Of a stretch of DNA of 64,000 nucleotides, positions 18,036 to 28,005 are shown in pieces. The notes beneath the pieces were generated by a model. That model saw only the letters and a program-made list of their open reading frames with translations. It had not been told where the DNA came from and made no database searches. A program made the translations under genes and the position numbers. Where the stretch lies: NCBI GenBank assembly GCA_035529395.1, contig DATKWT010000122.1:1496-65495 (forward strand), read 5' to 3'. Source of the stretch: Dehalococcoidales bacterium (GTDB lineage: Bacteria > Chloroflexota > Dehalococcoidia > Dehalococcoidales > Fen-1064). Position 1 is the stretch's first letter; the number at the start of each line of letters is the position of its first letter.

Positions 18036-19160
18036 TTACCCCTTCATTTCTCTCACCATCCCGGCCACGTACCTGCCGATGGCGATGGCACCGGTCAGCC
18101 CCGGCGATTCAATACCGACCATGTTTATCAGGCCAGGCAGTCCCCTGTGCTCTTCGTGAGCGATGACGAAGTCACGGAAGTCGTCCTCCGGTCCCTGGAG
18201 CTTGGGACGGATACCGGCCATCTCCGGTTCCAGGTCTTCCAGCCTGAGTCCCGGCAGGAACTTCCGGACGGACTGGTAGAATTCTTCTCTATCAGTCTCG
18301 TCCACGCCGTAGTCTATCTCGTCCACGTAGCGCGTGTTGGGGCCGAGTCTCATCCGGCCGTCCATGGTAGGGGTGACGTGAATGCCCTTGCCGGCATGCT
18401 CGGGGAGGGGATAGACCAACCGGTTCACCGGAGGCATATCCGGCGAATTGAGACTGAAATACTCGCCTTTGCAGTAGTGGAGTTGGTACCCGGCCTGTGG
18501 AAGGTCGATTCCGGCCAGCCCGGCAACACGGTCCGAGTTCAGCCCCGCCGAGTTGATTACAATATCAGCATGAATCGACGATGTACCTTCACGGTCACTT
18601 ATCTCGACCTCGTATCCTGCCCCCACCTTTTCCAGACCAACTACCTCAGTCTCGAATACGAAGTCGGTCCCTCTCTCCCTGGCGAGCCCGTACAGTGCCC
18701 TCATCAGGGAATAGGCATCAAGTATGCCCGTTGAGGGGGAGAGTATTGCGGCAACCGCCTTCACGTTCGGTTCTGTGTGCCTGACTTCATTCCGGGAGAT
18801 GAGCCTGAGGTCGGTAACGCCGTTTCTGTGCCCGAGTTCGAGAAGCTCTTCCAGCTTCTCGAACTCGACATCATCAGTGGCAACGATAATCTTACCCAGC
18901 CGGCGGTGGTCCACGCCGTACTTCTCACAGAACTCGTAGAGCAGGGGATTTCCTTCGATACAGAACCTGGCCTTGAGAGAGCCTTCGGGATAGTAGATAC
19001 CGGCGTGGATGACCTCGCTATTCCGGCTGCTGGTCTCCAGGCCGAAGGTCTGGTTCTTTTCGAGGACGAAGACCCCTTTTTGCTGTCGTGCCAGTTCGGC
19101 GGCTACCGCCAGACCGACAACACCGGCCCCGATGATGGCTACATCTACCTCAATCGACAT
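18036..19160 (-). CDS. FAD-dependent oxidoreductase (DAO family, L-2-hydroxyglutarate oxidase-like)
   Basis: VAIIGAGVVGLAVAAELA dinucleotide fold and SSRNSEVIHAGIYY, typical of the LhgO-like subgroup. Confidence 0.7.
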   Translation of the reverse strand: MSIEVDVAIIGAGVVGLAVAAELARQQKGVFVLEKNQTFGLETSSRNSEVIHAGIYYPEGSLKARFCIEGNPLLYEFCEKYGVDHRRLGKIIVATDDVEFEKLEELLELGHRNGVTDLRLISRNEVRHTEPNVKAVAAILSPSTGILDAYSLMRALYGLARERGTDFVFETEVVGLEKVGAGYEVEISDREGTSSIHADIVINSAGLNSDRVAGLAGIDLPQAGYQLHYCKGEYFSLNSPDMPPVNRLVYPLPEHAGKGIHVTPTMDGRMRLGPNTRYVDEIDYGVDETDREEFYQSVRKFLPGLRLEDLEPEMAGIRPKLQGPEDDFRDFVIAHEEHRGLPGLINMVGIESPGLTGAIAIGRYVAGMVREMKG

Positions 19161-19167
19161 GATGTCC

Positions 19168-19800
19168 TCAGAAATCGCTCAGGGCATTATTCCGGGTCTG
19201 CCCGAGGTGGGAGGTATCGTTGTGCCGGGTGAGTATGAACCGACCGTCCTCGTATTCGAAGATGGTCATTCCGGCCACATCCTGCCTGATATTCCAGAAG
19301 TTGGAGTTGTCCAGACCCAGCAGGCTGCATATCAGGACCTTGTTCACCACGCGATGAGATACCAGCACCAACGTGCCTTCGTGGCTGGCCACAACTGTTT
19401 CAACCACTTGCCTGGCTCTCTCCGCGACGTCGTCCAGGCTCTCGCCGTCCGGCATCGTCACCAGGTGCGGTTCTGCCAGCCAGCGGTGATAGAGTTCCGT
19501 GTGTCTCTCCTTGACCTCCTGGTGGGTCAGACCCTGCCATGTTCCGTAATTGAAGTCCACCAGACCCTGAGCAACACTGACATTAAGGCTATGGTGCGAG
19601 GCAACGGCACCGGCTGTATCCAGGGCGCGCTTCAGGGGGCTGGAGTAGACGGCTTCCACACTGAAATCTGCCAGGTGCTGCCCCAGGGCCTCTGCCTGGG
19701 CAAGGCCGGTTTCGTTTAAGCCGATATCCAGTCTGCCCCGGAACACCTCGCCCACGTTCCAGTCGGTCTCACCGTGGCGGGCAATGATTATACGGGTCAT
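19168..19800 (-). CDS. histidine phosphatase family protein (phosphoglycerate mutase-like)
   Basis: The N-terminal catalytic motif RHGETDWN. Confidence 0.8.
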   Translation of the reverse strand: MTRIIIARHGETDWNVGEVFRGRLDIGLNETGLAQAEALGQHLADFSVEAVYSSPLKRALDTAGAVASHHSLNVSVAQGLVDFNYGTWQGLTHQEVKERHTELYHRWLAEPHLVTMPDGESLDDVAERARQVVETVVASHEGTLVLVSHRVVNKVLICSLLGLDNSNFWNIRQDVAGMTIFEYEDGRFILTRHNDTSHLGQTRNNALSDF

Positions 19801-19906
19801 AGCACTATTCTGCCTTCAGAGGGTGAGTGAAGTCAATGGATGGAAGTAGATTAACAGGTAGTGAGACATTTATCTGTGCTCTCTATTCGTCCATTACATC
19901 AGTGGC

Positions 19907-19990
19907 ACTCCAGTCCACACCACGCTGCTTCCCACACCAGAAGAAAGCTCCCCCTGTATCAGCCTTCTGCCTGAACGAGACTGTACTCCA
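19907..19990. repeat. intergenic repeat family A, short copy
   Basis: It shares actccagt.ca.cc...ctgcttcccaca..agaagaaa..t.cccc...tgtatca.cc...ctgaacgaga...actc with 45354..45492. Confidence 0.6.
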
Positions 19991-20076
19991 TCCGCCGCGT
20001 GGCTTCCCTTGACAGCGGAAGAGCGTCGGGCTACTCTGAATGGCACTACCCTCCGAGGCAGGTGGGGTGTTGTACT

Positions 20077-20730
20077 GTGAACGAGAAAGAAGACACTACC
20101 GGAAGGACAGAGCATACCTATGACCACATCGCACCGGCCTATTCCTCCAGGGTGGAGGAGCTTCTAGCTGACTCCTGGATAGGGGAGCATGAGAAGGGGC
20201 TGCTTGACAGGTTCCTGCTGGCGGTACCGCGGTCCGGGGCCGGCATTCTCGATATCGGGTGCGGGAACGGGAAGGATACCGACTACTTCCGGCGGAAGGC
20301 GGCGTTTGCCGTAGGGATGGACGTTTCGCGAGGTATGCTGGCCGAGGCCAGGAAACGGGTACCGTGGGGTACATTCTGCCGTATGGATATGAGGGGCCTG
20401 GGCTTCTCCACGGGCGTATTTGACGGGGTGTGGGCCAACGGGTGCATTTATCATGTTCCGAAGGCAGACCTTCCCGCTGTGTTCCGAGAGGTCATTCGGG
20501 TACTGAGGCCTTCGGGGGTATTCTCCTTCAACTATAAGGCCGGTGCTGGTGAGGGGCTGGATGACGAGCCGAGGTCGTTCGGCGGTGGCCCCCGTTACTA
20601 TGCCTACTATCGGCGTGGGGAAATGAAGACCCTGCTCCGCCGGGCCGGTCTCCGCGCGCTCGAGCTCGAGTCCTATCCGGGAAGGGTGTTCGGGGAGGAA
20701 ATCGTCCAGGTCTGGGCGCAGAAACCCTGA
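20077..20730 (+). CDS. class I SAM-dependent methyltransferase
   Basis: ILDIGCGNGKD motif I. The in-frame GTG at 20077 is preferred over the 19999 start, which would run through the repeat element. The start is uncertain. Confidence 0.7.
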   Translation: MNEKEDTTGRTEHTYDHIAPAYSSRVEELLADSWIGEHEKGLLDRFLLAVPRSGAGILDIGCGNGKDTDYFRRKAAFAVGMDVSRGMLAEARKRVPWGTFCRMDMRGLGFSTGVFDGVWANGCIYHVPKADLPAVFREVIRVLRPSGVFSFNYKAGAGEGLDDEPRSFGGGPRYYAYYRRGEMKTLLRRAGLRALELESYPGRVFGEEIVQVWAQKP

Positions 20731-20778
20731 AGTTGCCGGGAAGCTGGTCTACACGTTTCCGATTGCTCACCATGACTG

Positions 20779-21426
20779 TTACCGTGTGAGTATGCCGGAA
20801 TGTGCCCGCACCGCTTCCATAACCTCGGTCTGCTTCTGCCCGGTCTGGCGCAGGCAGGTGGTGATTACGTGCCCTAGCAGGAGGTGTACGTCCTCCACCT
20901 GCTCCATGACGTGGTTGTTGACCACGATGGCAATGTCCACCAGCGATGGTAGTCTACCGCCGTCAAATCCGGAGAATCCAATTGTCGTGGCACCCCGTAT
21001 CCTGGCGGCCTTGACGCCGTTGAGCACATTGGGGGAGTTCCCGCTGCCGCTGATTGCGATGACGACATCACCGGGGTCGGTTATTCCAACTATCCGGGCG
21101 GAGAATATGTTTTCGTAATCGGTGTCATTTGCCCAGGCTGTGGTCAGTGGAATGCTATCGTTCAGTGAGAAGGCTCTTAAACCGGGTCTGTCATTACCAG
21201 CAGCCCCCTTTGCTAGGTCGCAGGCGATGTGTGAAGCTGTTGCCGCCGAGCCGCCGTTGCCGAATGTGAAAACCCGCTTGCCTTTTTCCCGGGCATCATT
21301 AAGGACCTCAACAACCCTGATTATACGGTCGACAGGGAGGTTGCCCAGTGTCAGGGTCATATCAAAGAGATAGGTGTGTATCGCATTAACGGTCCCTCGC
21401 TCCGTGTGCCGGTCCTGGTCTGTCAT
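20779..21426 (-). CDS. gmhA: SIS-domain phosphoheptose isomerase (GmhA-like)
   Basis: FGNGGSAATASHIACDL and ISGSGNSPNV SIS motifs, with GmhA-like length. Confidence 0.75.
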   Translation of the reverse strand: MTDQDRHTERGTVNAIHTYLFDMTLTLGNLPVDRIIRVVEVLNDAREKGKRVFTFGNGGSAATASHIACDLAKGAAGNDRPGLRAFSLNDSIPLTTAWANDTDYENIFSARIVGITDPGDVVIAISGSGNSPNVLNGVKAARIRGATTIGFSGFDGGRLPSLVDIAIVVNNHVMEQVEDVHLLLGHVITTCLRQTGQKQTEVMEAVRAHSGILTR

Positions 21427-22542
21427 TTACTTCACCGTCCTTACTACCTCAGTCTGCCTCATTACGCGAGAGGCGGCCGCATAAGACTGGTACGGGACCT
21501 CGGGCTGGGCCTGTGCCCATTCCACGTACTCCCGGATGATTCGTTCCAGCGGTGTATTCGATTCCCAGCCGAGGTCTGTGAGGCTTGAGCTGTCCGATAT
21601 CGTGTGGCGGCTGTCGCCAAAGCGGAACTGACCGGGAATCTCCGGGGGGATGTTCCTGCCGGTGATGCTGAGCAGTATCCGTGCGTATTCCAGTACAGTG
21701 ATGGGATTGCGCCCGCCGACGTTGAAGGCACGGTAGTCGGCGGCTTCATTCTCCATGACAAGCAGGTTTGCCCGAACAATATCACCGACATAGGCGTAGT
21801 CGCGCAACTGCCCGCCATCTTCATAGACGACTGGCGGCAGGTTCTCCAGCAGCCGGATGGTGAAGCTCCGCAAGATGCCGGAATAGGCGTTGTAGAAGCT
21901 CTGGCGCGGTCCCTGGGTGATACTGTAGCGCATGGCCACGGTGGGAATCCCATATTTCCTTCCCAGGGTCAGTGCGTATAGCTCCTGGCAACACTTAGAG
22001 ACTGCGTACTGGTTGTGGGGGTTGGTGTGCGACTCATCGAGGAGCTGGGGTATCATTGGTTCCCCGCAGACGGCGCATTTCACCTCCCAGTCGCTACATT
22101 CCAGTTGTTCCAGTGTGCGGGGTGGGGGGTACTGCACTCCGTGCTCTTCACAGGAGTACTTCCCTTCACCGTAGACCGCCTGCGAGCTGGCCAGTACCAC
22201 CTTCTGCACCGGCAGGTGCTGGTTGACTATAATCTCGTAAAGAAGCGCCGTACCAACGTCATTCACGGAGGCAAAGGTGCTGAAGTCGGTCAGGTAGTCC
22301 TGGTAGGCTGCCATGTGAAACACCGCGTCAATGCCCCGCAGCGCCGTCACCATGTCGTTCCGGTTGCGAACATCGCCCAGAATGAACTCCGCGTCGTCCG
22401 GTATGTAAGCAGGTTTGCGTCCGTCCGGATGGACGGGGGATGCCAGATTATCCAGGATACATACCCGGTGCCCTCTCTCCAGCAGGAGGTCAACGGTGTG
22501 AGAACCAATGAAGCCGGCACCACCGGTAACCAGTACTCTCAT
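21427..22542 (-). CDS. NAD-dependent sugar epimerase/dehydratase with a Cys-rich insertion
   Basis: VLVTGGAGFIGSH and YAVSK (YxxxK). There is an insertion C-x18-C...CAVC between the Rossmann and substrate halves. Confidence 0.8.
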   Translation of the reverse strand: MRVLVTGGAGFIGSHTVDLLLERGHRVCILDNLASPVHPDGRKPAYIPDDAEFILGDVRNRNDMVTALRGIDAVFHMAAYQDYLTDFSTFASVNDVGTALLYEIIVNQHLPVQKVVLASSQAVYGEGKYSCEEHGVQYPPPRTLEQLECSDWEVKCAVCGEPMIPQLLDESHTNPHNQYAVSKCCQELYALTLGRKYGIPTVAMRYSITQGPRQSFYNAYSGILRSFTIRLLENLPPVVYEDGGQLRDYAYVGDIVRANLLVMENEAADYRAFNVGGRNPITVLEYARILLSITGRNIPPEIPGQFRFGDSRHTISDSSSLTDLGWESNTPLERIIREYVEWAQAQPEVPYQSYAAASRVMRQTEVVRTVK

Positions 22543-22553
22543 ATCATTACCAC

Positions 22554-23531
22554 CTAGTTCCTGTAGTTGAAAATAACCTTGCTGCCGTCGTTGTGAAAAT
22601 GGAAGGGGAACTCGCGTAGTTGTCCCAGACTGGCGCGCACGTCATCTCGCTTTGCTACGGGGCAGTAGAGAAGGAGGAAGCCCCCACCGCCGGCACCGGC
22701 AACCTTGCCGCCAATAGCCCCGGCCTTTCTTGCCATCCGGTAGACGTCATCGATATCGCTGTTCGTAATCTTGCTGGATAGTTGCTTCTTGAGGGTCCAG
22801 CCTTCGTGCAGTAGCTCGCCGAACTCATTGAAGGCTCCGCTCATAAGGGTCTGCTTTGCCTGGAATGCGAGCCTGGTCAACTCCTTGAGTAAGTCCATTC
22901 TCTCGCTGATGTTCGCCTTCTGTTCGGTGAGGATTTCACTCGACTGCCGGGTGCGGCCGGTGTAGAAGAGGAGGAGGTTTTCATTCAGCTTCCGCTTGTA
23001 CTCCCGGCTGATGCCGACCCTGTCTGTCTTGACAATATCCTTAAGGAAGGAGATAAACCGCATGTTGCCGTATGCAGAGATGTACTGGTCTTGCTTGCCG
23101 ATGGGCTTGCCCAGGATGTCGATTTCAATTTGACAGGCCTGCCTGGCCAGGTCCTCGGCGGTTACGGAGTTGCCCCGGTAGGTGTGAAGCGCCTGTAGCA
23201 GTCCCACGGTAATGCTGCTGGACGAGCCTAGTCCGGTGCCTTCCGAGGGGATGTCGGCCATAGTGGTTATCTCGACGCCGCTCTCCACGCCGGTCATCCT
23301 CATTGCTTCCCGGATTAGCTCGTGCTCGATGTCATCCACGCGGCTGACGATTTCTTTTTTGGAGTAGTTGAGGTATATCATATCGTCAAACCGCTCTTTG
23401 ACGATGACGAAGGTGAACTTGTCTATTGCCGAACTGAGAACGGCACCGCCGCCGTTCACACTGTAGAAGTCCTCGAAATCGGTCCCGCCGCCAAGAAAGC
23501 TCAGTCGGAGTGGAGTCTGCGCAATTATCAT
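22554..23531 (-). CDS. GHMP kinase, D-glycero-D-manno-heptose 7-phosphate kinase-like (HddA-like)
   Basis: N-terminus MIIAQTPLRLSFLGGGTDFEDFY and GHMP motif PSEGTGLGSSSS. Confidence 0.75.
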   Translation of the reverse strand: MIIAQTPLRLSFLGGGTDFEDFYSVNGGGAVLSSAIDKFTFVIVKERFDDMIYLNYSKKEIVSRVDDIEHELIREAMRMTGVESGVEITTMADIPSEGTGLGSSSSITVGLLQALHTYRGNSVTAEDLARQACQIEIDILGKPIGKQDQYISAYGNMRFISFLKDIVKTDRVGISREYKRKLNENLLLFYTGRTRQSSEILTEQKANISERMDLLKELTRLAFQAKQTLMSGAFNEFGELLHEGWTLKKQLSSKITNSDIDDVYRMARKAGAIGGKVAGAGGGGFLLLYCPVAKRDDVRASLGQLREFPFHFHNDGSKVIFNYRN

Positions 23532-23842
23532 CTATGACCCCCGGTATGTTTCTGCGTTGTCGTCAGCATAAGGCTATGTCCCGCCATGTGAGACAAGACT
23601 ATTCTCACACGTTGGAAGGTCCTAAGTAAGAACCCACTGAACCAGAAGATGGGGCCATTAAGGCAAAGACAACACAGGCCAGATGGCTCGAATTGCATGG
23701 GTTCCGGTGAGTCGTAGGTATCAGGATAATGGTACCAGGGGGTCATGGTTGTGGTGATTTTGGCTCTCCCGGCGGCCTGCGGCGCCAGCCGGAAGCGTGG
23801 AATCCAGCCGGGCACGCGGATTCTGACGAGGCTCGGGCATTG

Positions 23843-24580
23843 ATGAGCAGTGACGAGAGTACTATAATCAGCAGAGAGCGATTCCTGATGGAGAATCCTA
23901 GCGTGGACATGTCAGTGAGGAAAGCGATAAAGATAGACCTGCACATCCATTCCAGGTATTCTTCCGATGGTTGCCTTGAACCTGTGGAGATAGTGAAGAT
24001 TGCCCGGAAGAAAGGGCTGGGCGGTATTGCCGTCACTGACCACAATACCATCAGGGGTGGAGTGGAAGCTAAGAAATATGAGACAGAGGATTTCAAGGTT
24101 ATCGTTGGCTCGGAAATAATGACCGGCCAGGGTGAAATAACAGGGCTGTTCCTTACTGATGAAATAAAGACGGGCACTGTCTCCGAAGTAATAGCTGAAA
24201 TCAGGAAGCAGGGGGGACTGGTCTGTGTACCTCATCCCTTTGATAAGCTCAGGCATTCAGCTTTTCGTATTACACCCGCTTACGTTGACCTGGTAGATGC
24301 CATAGAGTGTATGAACTCCAGGTGTGTGTTCCCGCGGTTCAACCGGGAAGCTCTTGAGTTCGCTACCAGGCATCATTTAGCACGCGTGGGTGGCAGTGAC
24401 GCTCATTACGCAAGTGAAATAGGGCTCGGCGGGATAATCACTCACTCTGACGACATTAGAGAAGCCATCATGCATGGTGAGGTCGAGTTGTTCGGTAAGC
24501 GCTCACCTTTGATGAGCCATGTTAGAACGAAAATCGGGAAATACCGCAGGAAACTAAGCTCTCGTATAGTGAGACCTTAA
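23843..24580 (+). CDS. PHP-domain metal-dependent phosphoesterase
   Basis: IDLHIHSRYSSDG and GGIAVTDHNT PHP motifs. The start is uncertain (the ORF opens at 23729; ATG 23843 was chosen). Confidence 0.7.
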   Translation: MSSDESTIISRERFLMENPSVDMSVRKAIKIDLHIHSRYSSDGCLEPVEIVKIARKKGLGGIAVTDHNTIRGGVEAKKYETEDFKVIVGSEIMTGQGEITGLFLTDEIKTGTVSEVIAEIRKQGGLVCVPHPFDKLRHSAFRITPAYVDLVDAIECMNSRCVFPRFNREALEFATRHHLARVGGSDAHYASEIGLGGIITHSDDIREAIMHGEVELFGKRSPLMSHVRTKIGKYRRKLSSRIVRP

Positions 24581-25632
24581 AATAAATGTTTCACCAGTTT
24601 CAATATGCCCTGGTCCCAGGCAACGCGGTGACTTACACCGGTTTCAATCCGGCGCGTCTTATATTCATCCAGGTACCAGCGGTAGGTGTCAATCCATACA
24701 TCGGCGGTAGTTTTACGAGCGGACCAGCCCAGCTGGCTTTGCAGTTTATCCACTGACACATAATGGTCTTTACCAGCGGTTTCATAGACCCATTCGTAGA
24801 GCGGCGAGAGATGGAAGCGCTCCAGCACTTTCAGGACCGGTATCACCAGCCACGAGGGAATAGGCTTAACGCGCTTGCCAAAGCCTGCAAAGTCCAGTAA
24901 TGCCTGCAAGTCTTCCCGCATTGTCTGGAACTGCGTGGCACCGACATTGTATGTATCATTGGCCTTGCTAACCGGTGCTGTGCTGACAAGGTAAATTGCC
25001 TCCACAAGGTCATCGATGTGCAGTAGCTGATATCGGTTACGTCCGGAGCCGATGATGGGGATGTTCCTGCCATCCCTGACCCAATCACATAAAATCTGGA
25101 AAACACCCAGGCGCTGCGGCCCGGCGAAAGTCTTGGGTCTCAAGACAGGGACACATAGTCCTTTCTCTCTAAAGCTGAAGCAGGTAGCCTCGGCGGCGAT
25201 TTTGCTTTCTCCGTAGGGCCCCACTCCCTGTACCGGATACTCCTCCGTTACCGGATGTTCTTCGGGAATCCCATAAACGGCGGTTGATGAGATGAAAACA
25301 ACCCGCGGCACGGCAAGGTCGAGTGCGGTTTGCAGAATCATGTCTGTACCGTCAACATTGATGGAATAAATCTCTTCTCTCGACCAGAGGGGGAGGGCGG
25401 CGGCGCTGTGGATGACGGTATCCACGCCTGCCATGGCTTTCGCCATCAGTTCCCGGTCCCGTATGTCTCCTTTGAGAAAGGTAATCTCTTCCTGCAAATC
25501 GGGGTAATCAAAGTCGGCAATATCGACACCGGTAACCGCGCAGCCTTTCTCTACAAGACACCTGCAGGTGTGATAGCCCAGAAAACCAGAGGCACCGGTA
25601 ACAAGATAACGTAATTTTTTACCTGTTTTCAG
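24577..25632 (-). CDS. NAD-dependent epimerase/dehydratase family protein (start codon unresolved)
   Basis: The ORF track starts at TTG 25497. The in-frame upstream sequence encodes the Rossmann motif LVTGASGFLGYH with no ATG/GTG/TTG before the upstream stop. The only candidate start is CTG at 25632, downstream of AAAGAGG. Confidence 0.6.
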   Translation of the reverse strand: MKTGKKLRYLVTGASGFLGYHTCRCLVEKGCAVTGVDIADFDYPDLQEEITFLKGDIRDRELMAKAMAGVDTVIHSAAALPLWSREEIYSINVDGTDMILQTALDLAVPRVVFISSTAVYGIPEEHPVTEEYPVQGVGPYGESKIAAEATCFSFREKGLCVPVLRPKTFAGPQRLGVFQILCDWVRDGRNIPIIGSGRNRYQLLHIDDLVEAIYLVSTAPVSKANDTYNVGATQFQTMREDLQALLDFAGFGKRVKPIPSWLVIPVLKVLERFHLSPLYEWVYETAGKDHYVSVDKLQSQLGWSARKTTADVWIDTYRWYLDEYKTRRIETGVSHRVAWDQGILKLVKHLF

Positions 25633-25826
25633 TCTACTAAGGCCTCTTTAATACTGGTGAAAACATGCACTCCGGACAGTATTCTGCTGGTATTATCGAG
25701 TAGCTTCACCAATGTCATTCTAAGGAAGGTGAGATATACTGTCAACTTCAAGGCTTGTTTGTAACCCTGCTTATACTGTGCTCGCCTGGCGGCCTGACTC
25801 ACACACCTTCTCCTCCATTAGCTTCA

Positions 25827-25854
25827 TGGACAGCCTGCCAGATTCATGTATAAT
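25827..25854 (+). promoter_or_regulatory. sigma-70 promoter TGGACA-N16-TG-n-TATAAT
   Basis: tggaca is at 25827-25832 and catgtataat ends at 25854 (extended -10). It lies 30 nt upstream of ATG 25885. Confidence 0.5.
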
Positions 25855-25884
25855 GGTAGCAATATCAGGTATTAAGGTGACAAG

Positions 25885-26754
25885 ATGGTTTTTGCTAGAG
25901 ATGTGTTGATTTCGCTGCGCCCCAAGCAGTGGTACAAAAACAGCCTTCTTTTTGTCTGTCTTGTTTTTGCCGGTCATCTTCAGAACGCCTCAATGTGGAC
26001 CACACTGCTGCTGTCAGCGGCATTTTTCTGTCTGCTCACCAGTTGTGAGTATATTATCAATGATATATTTGACAGGGAGAAAGACAGTAAGCACCCCGTG
26101 AAAAAGAACCGTCCGATTGCTGCCGGAAGAGTGGGTGTGCGGACGGGAATTCTCATTGCATCGGCACTCGGAACCATAGCGCTGGTCGGCTCTTATTTCA
26201 TGGTGAACTTCAACTTCTTTTGCATTGCCGCGGGTTATCTGGCGCTGCTTCTTCTCTATACCCTTGTCCTCAAGCACATAATTATTGCCGACGTGATAAC
26301 GATTGCCATGGGGTTTGTTATTCGCGCAGTGGCCGGGTGTCTGGCGATAGATGTGACTATTTCTCCCTGGCTGATTATTTGCACCTTCTTGCTGGCGATG
26401 TTTCTGGCGTTGGAGAAACGCTGGGATGAACTGGTACTGCTGGCCGACGATGCTGAAGACCACCGCCCGACATTGTCCCAGTACTCTACCACACTACTGG
26501 AGCACTTCACGACGATTACTGTCGCCGCTACCATCGTGGCTTACCTGATGTATACTACCCTGGCTCAGCACTACGCTACGATGCTGACCGCACCCTTTGC
26601 CATCTACGGTCTTCTCCGCTACATGTACCTGGTCCATTATAAAAAACAGGGTGGTGACCCGGTTGTCCTCTTCCGGGATAAAGCCCTGATGGTTAATCTG
26701 GCAATCTGGGGTCTGCTGATGTTGGTAATGAGCCTGCGGGGAATTCTGGTCTAG
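25885..26754 (+). CDS. UbiA-family decaprenyl-phosphate phosphoribosyltransferase-like (DPPR synthase-like)
   Basis: The N-terminus has LRPKQWYKNSLLF, typical of the Rv3806c-like subgroup. NDIFDREKD (NDxxDxxxD) is present, and the protein is polytopic. Confidence 0.7.
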   Translation: MVFARDVLISLRPKQWYKNSLLFVCLVFAGHLQNASMWTTLLLSAAFFCLLTSCEYIINDIFDREKDSKHPVKKNRPIAAGRVGVRTGILIASALGTIALVGSYFMVNFNFFCIAAGYLALLLLYTLVLKHIIIADVITIAMGFVIRAVAGCLAIDVTISPWLIICTFLLAMFLALEKRWDELVLLADDAEDHRPTLSQYSTTLLEHFTTITVAATIVAYLMYTTLAQHYATMLTAPFAIYGLLRYMYLVHYKKQGGDPVVLFRDKALMVNLAIWGLLMLVMSLRGILV

Positions 26755-26769
26755 TATCATACCGGTAAT

Positions 26770-27774
26770 ATGCACCGGGCAAAGCCAAAAAGTATGACCG
26801 AATTGAAATCCGACATAGCTGAGGAGAATCCTCCCGGCAAGTTCTGGCGCAGGATTGTCATCACAGTTCTGGGCGGTATCATCGTCTACGTTGCCCTGTC
26901 TTTCTATGCAGACTTTTCCGCCGTGGTCAATACGCTGGCCGGTTTTCGCTGGCACCTGGTTCCCGTCGTGCTGGCCCTGACCCTGCTGAATTACCTGCTC
27001 AGGTTCGTGAAATGGCACTATTACCTGCATGTAATCGACGTATCTATCGGTGCCAGGGAAAGCCTGGTGATTTTTTTGAGCGGGCTGTCAATGTCGGTGA
27101 CGCCGGCAAAAATGGGGGAAGTATTCAAGTCCTATCTGCTGAAACGCCGTACAGGCACGGAGATAAGCCGCACGTTTCCCGTAGTCCTGGCGGAGAGGAT
27201 TACTGATGTACTCGGTCTGCTGATCCTGGCATCAATCTCCTTTTCTTTCTTCCAGTACGGCATAGAGGTCCTGCTGGCAGTGCTGGCGGTGCTGCTGATG
27301 CTGATAGTAACCCTGCAATCGCGGCGTATCTGCTTGAGACTGATTTCCCTCTCGCAGGGGTTGCCGCTGCTGCGAAAGCTGTCTGGCAGCCTGAAGACCG
27401 GCTATGAGAGCGCTTACAGTCTTTTTCGGTGGCAACCTCTGCTGACAGCACTGGTAATCAGCGTTGTCTCGTGGGGGTTTGAATGCCTGGCACTCTACTT
27501 CGTGCTGGAGGGTTTTGGCATCAGCGCCTCGGTGCTGATGAGCACCTTCGTCTTCTCCTTTTCTTCGCTGGCAGGAGCCGTATCCCTGATACCGGGGGGG
27601 ATGCTGGTAGCGGAAGGGAGTATTACCGGCTTACTCGTTCTAAACGATATCACCAGGGATATTGCCGCCGGGGCTACCATCATTATCCGCTTCAGCACGC
27701 TGTGGTTCGGTGTCATACTGGGTATCTTCACACTGCTCTATAGTGGATTCAAAGCCAGAATCAGGAGTACATGA
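26770..27774 (+). CDS. flippase-like membrane protein (LPG-synthase TM / UPF0104 family)
   Basis: About 8 TM segments with the pattern LNYLLRFVKWHYYL...MGEVFKSYLLK. Confidence 0.6.
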   Translation: MHRAKPKSMTELKSDIAEENPPGKFWRRIVITVLGGIIVYVALSFYADFSAVVNTLAGFRWHLVPVVLALTLLNYLLRFVKWHYYLHVIDVSIGARESLVIFLSGLSMSVTPAKMGEVFKSYLLKRRTGTEISRTFPVVLAERITDVLGLLILASISFSFFQYGIEVLLAVLAVLLMLIVTLQSRRICLRLISLSQGLPLLRKLSGSLKTGYESAYSLFRWQPLLTALVISVVSWGFECLALYFVLEGFGISASVLMSTFVFSFSSLAGAVSLIPGGMLVAEGSITGLLVLNDITRDIAAGATIIIRFSTLWFGVILGIFTLLYSGFKARIRST

Positions 27775-27843
27775 CCTCGATATCCCGCCGTTACCATCCG
27801 GACCATCTCAGGGATGTGGCTCCCACAAGAAGACTACCCGGAA

Positions 27844-27869
27844 CCCCGGGATACCGAACGGGGATTTTT
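27844..27869 (+). terminator. weak rho-independent terminator candidate
   Basis: ccccg...cgggg stem followed by ATTTTTAT. Confidence 0.35.
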
Positions 27870-28005
27870 ATGAAAGCTTTACGATATCTTTACGCAATGT
27901 TTATATTCTTTATGGTTAATTTTCACCCTGGTATGTTCTAATAAAGGTGGGAGAGTATACTTATTATGTTCGAGGATACACCACGCGTTCGTTAGAAGTG
28001 CATGT

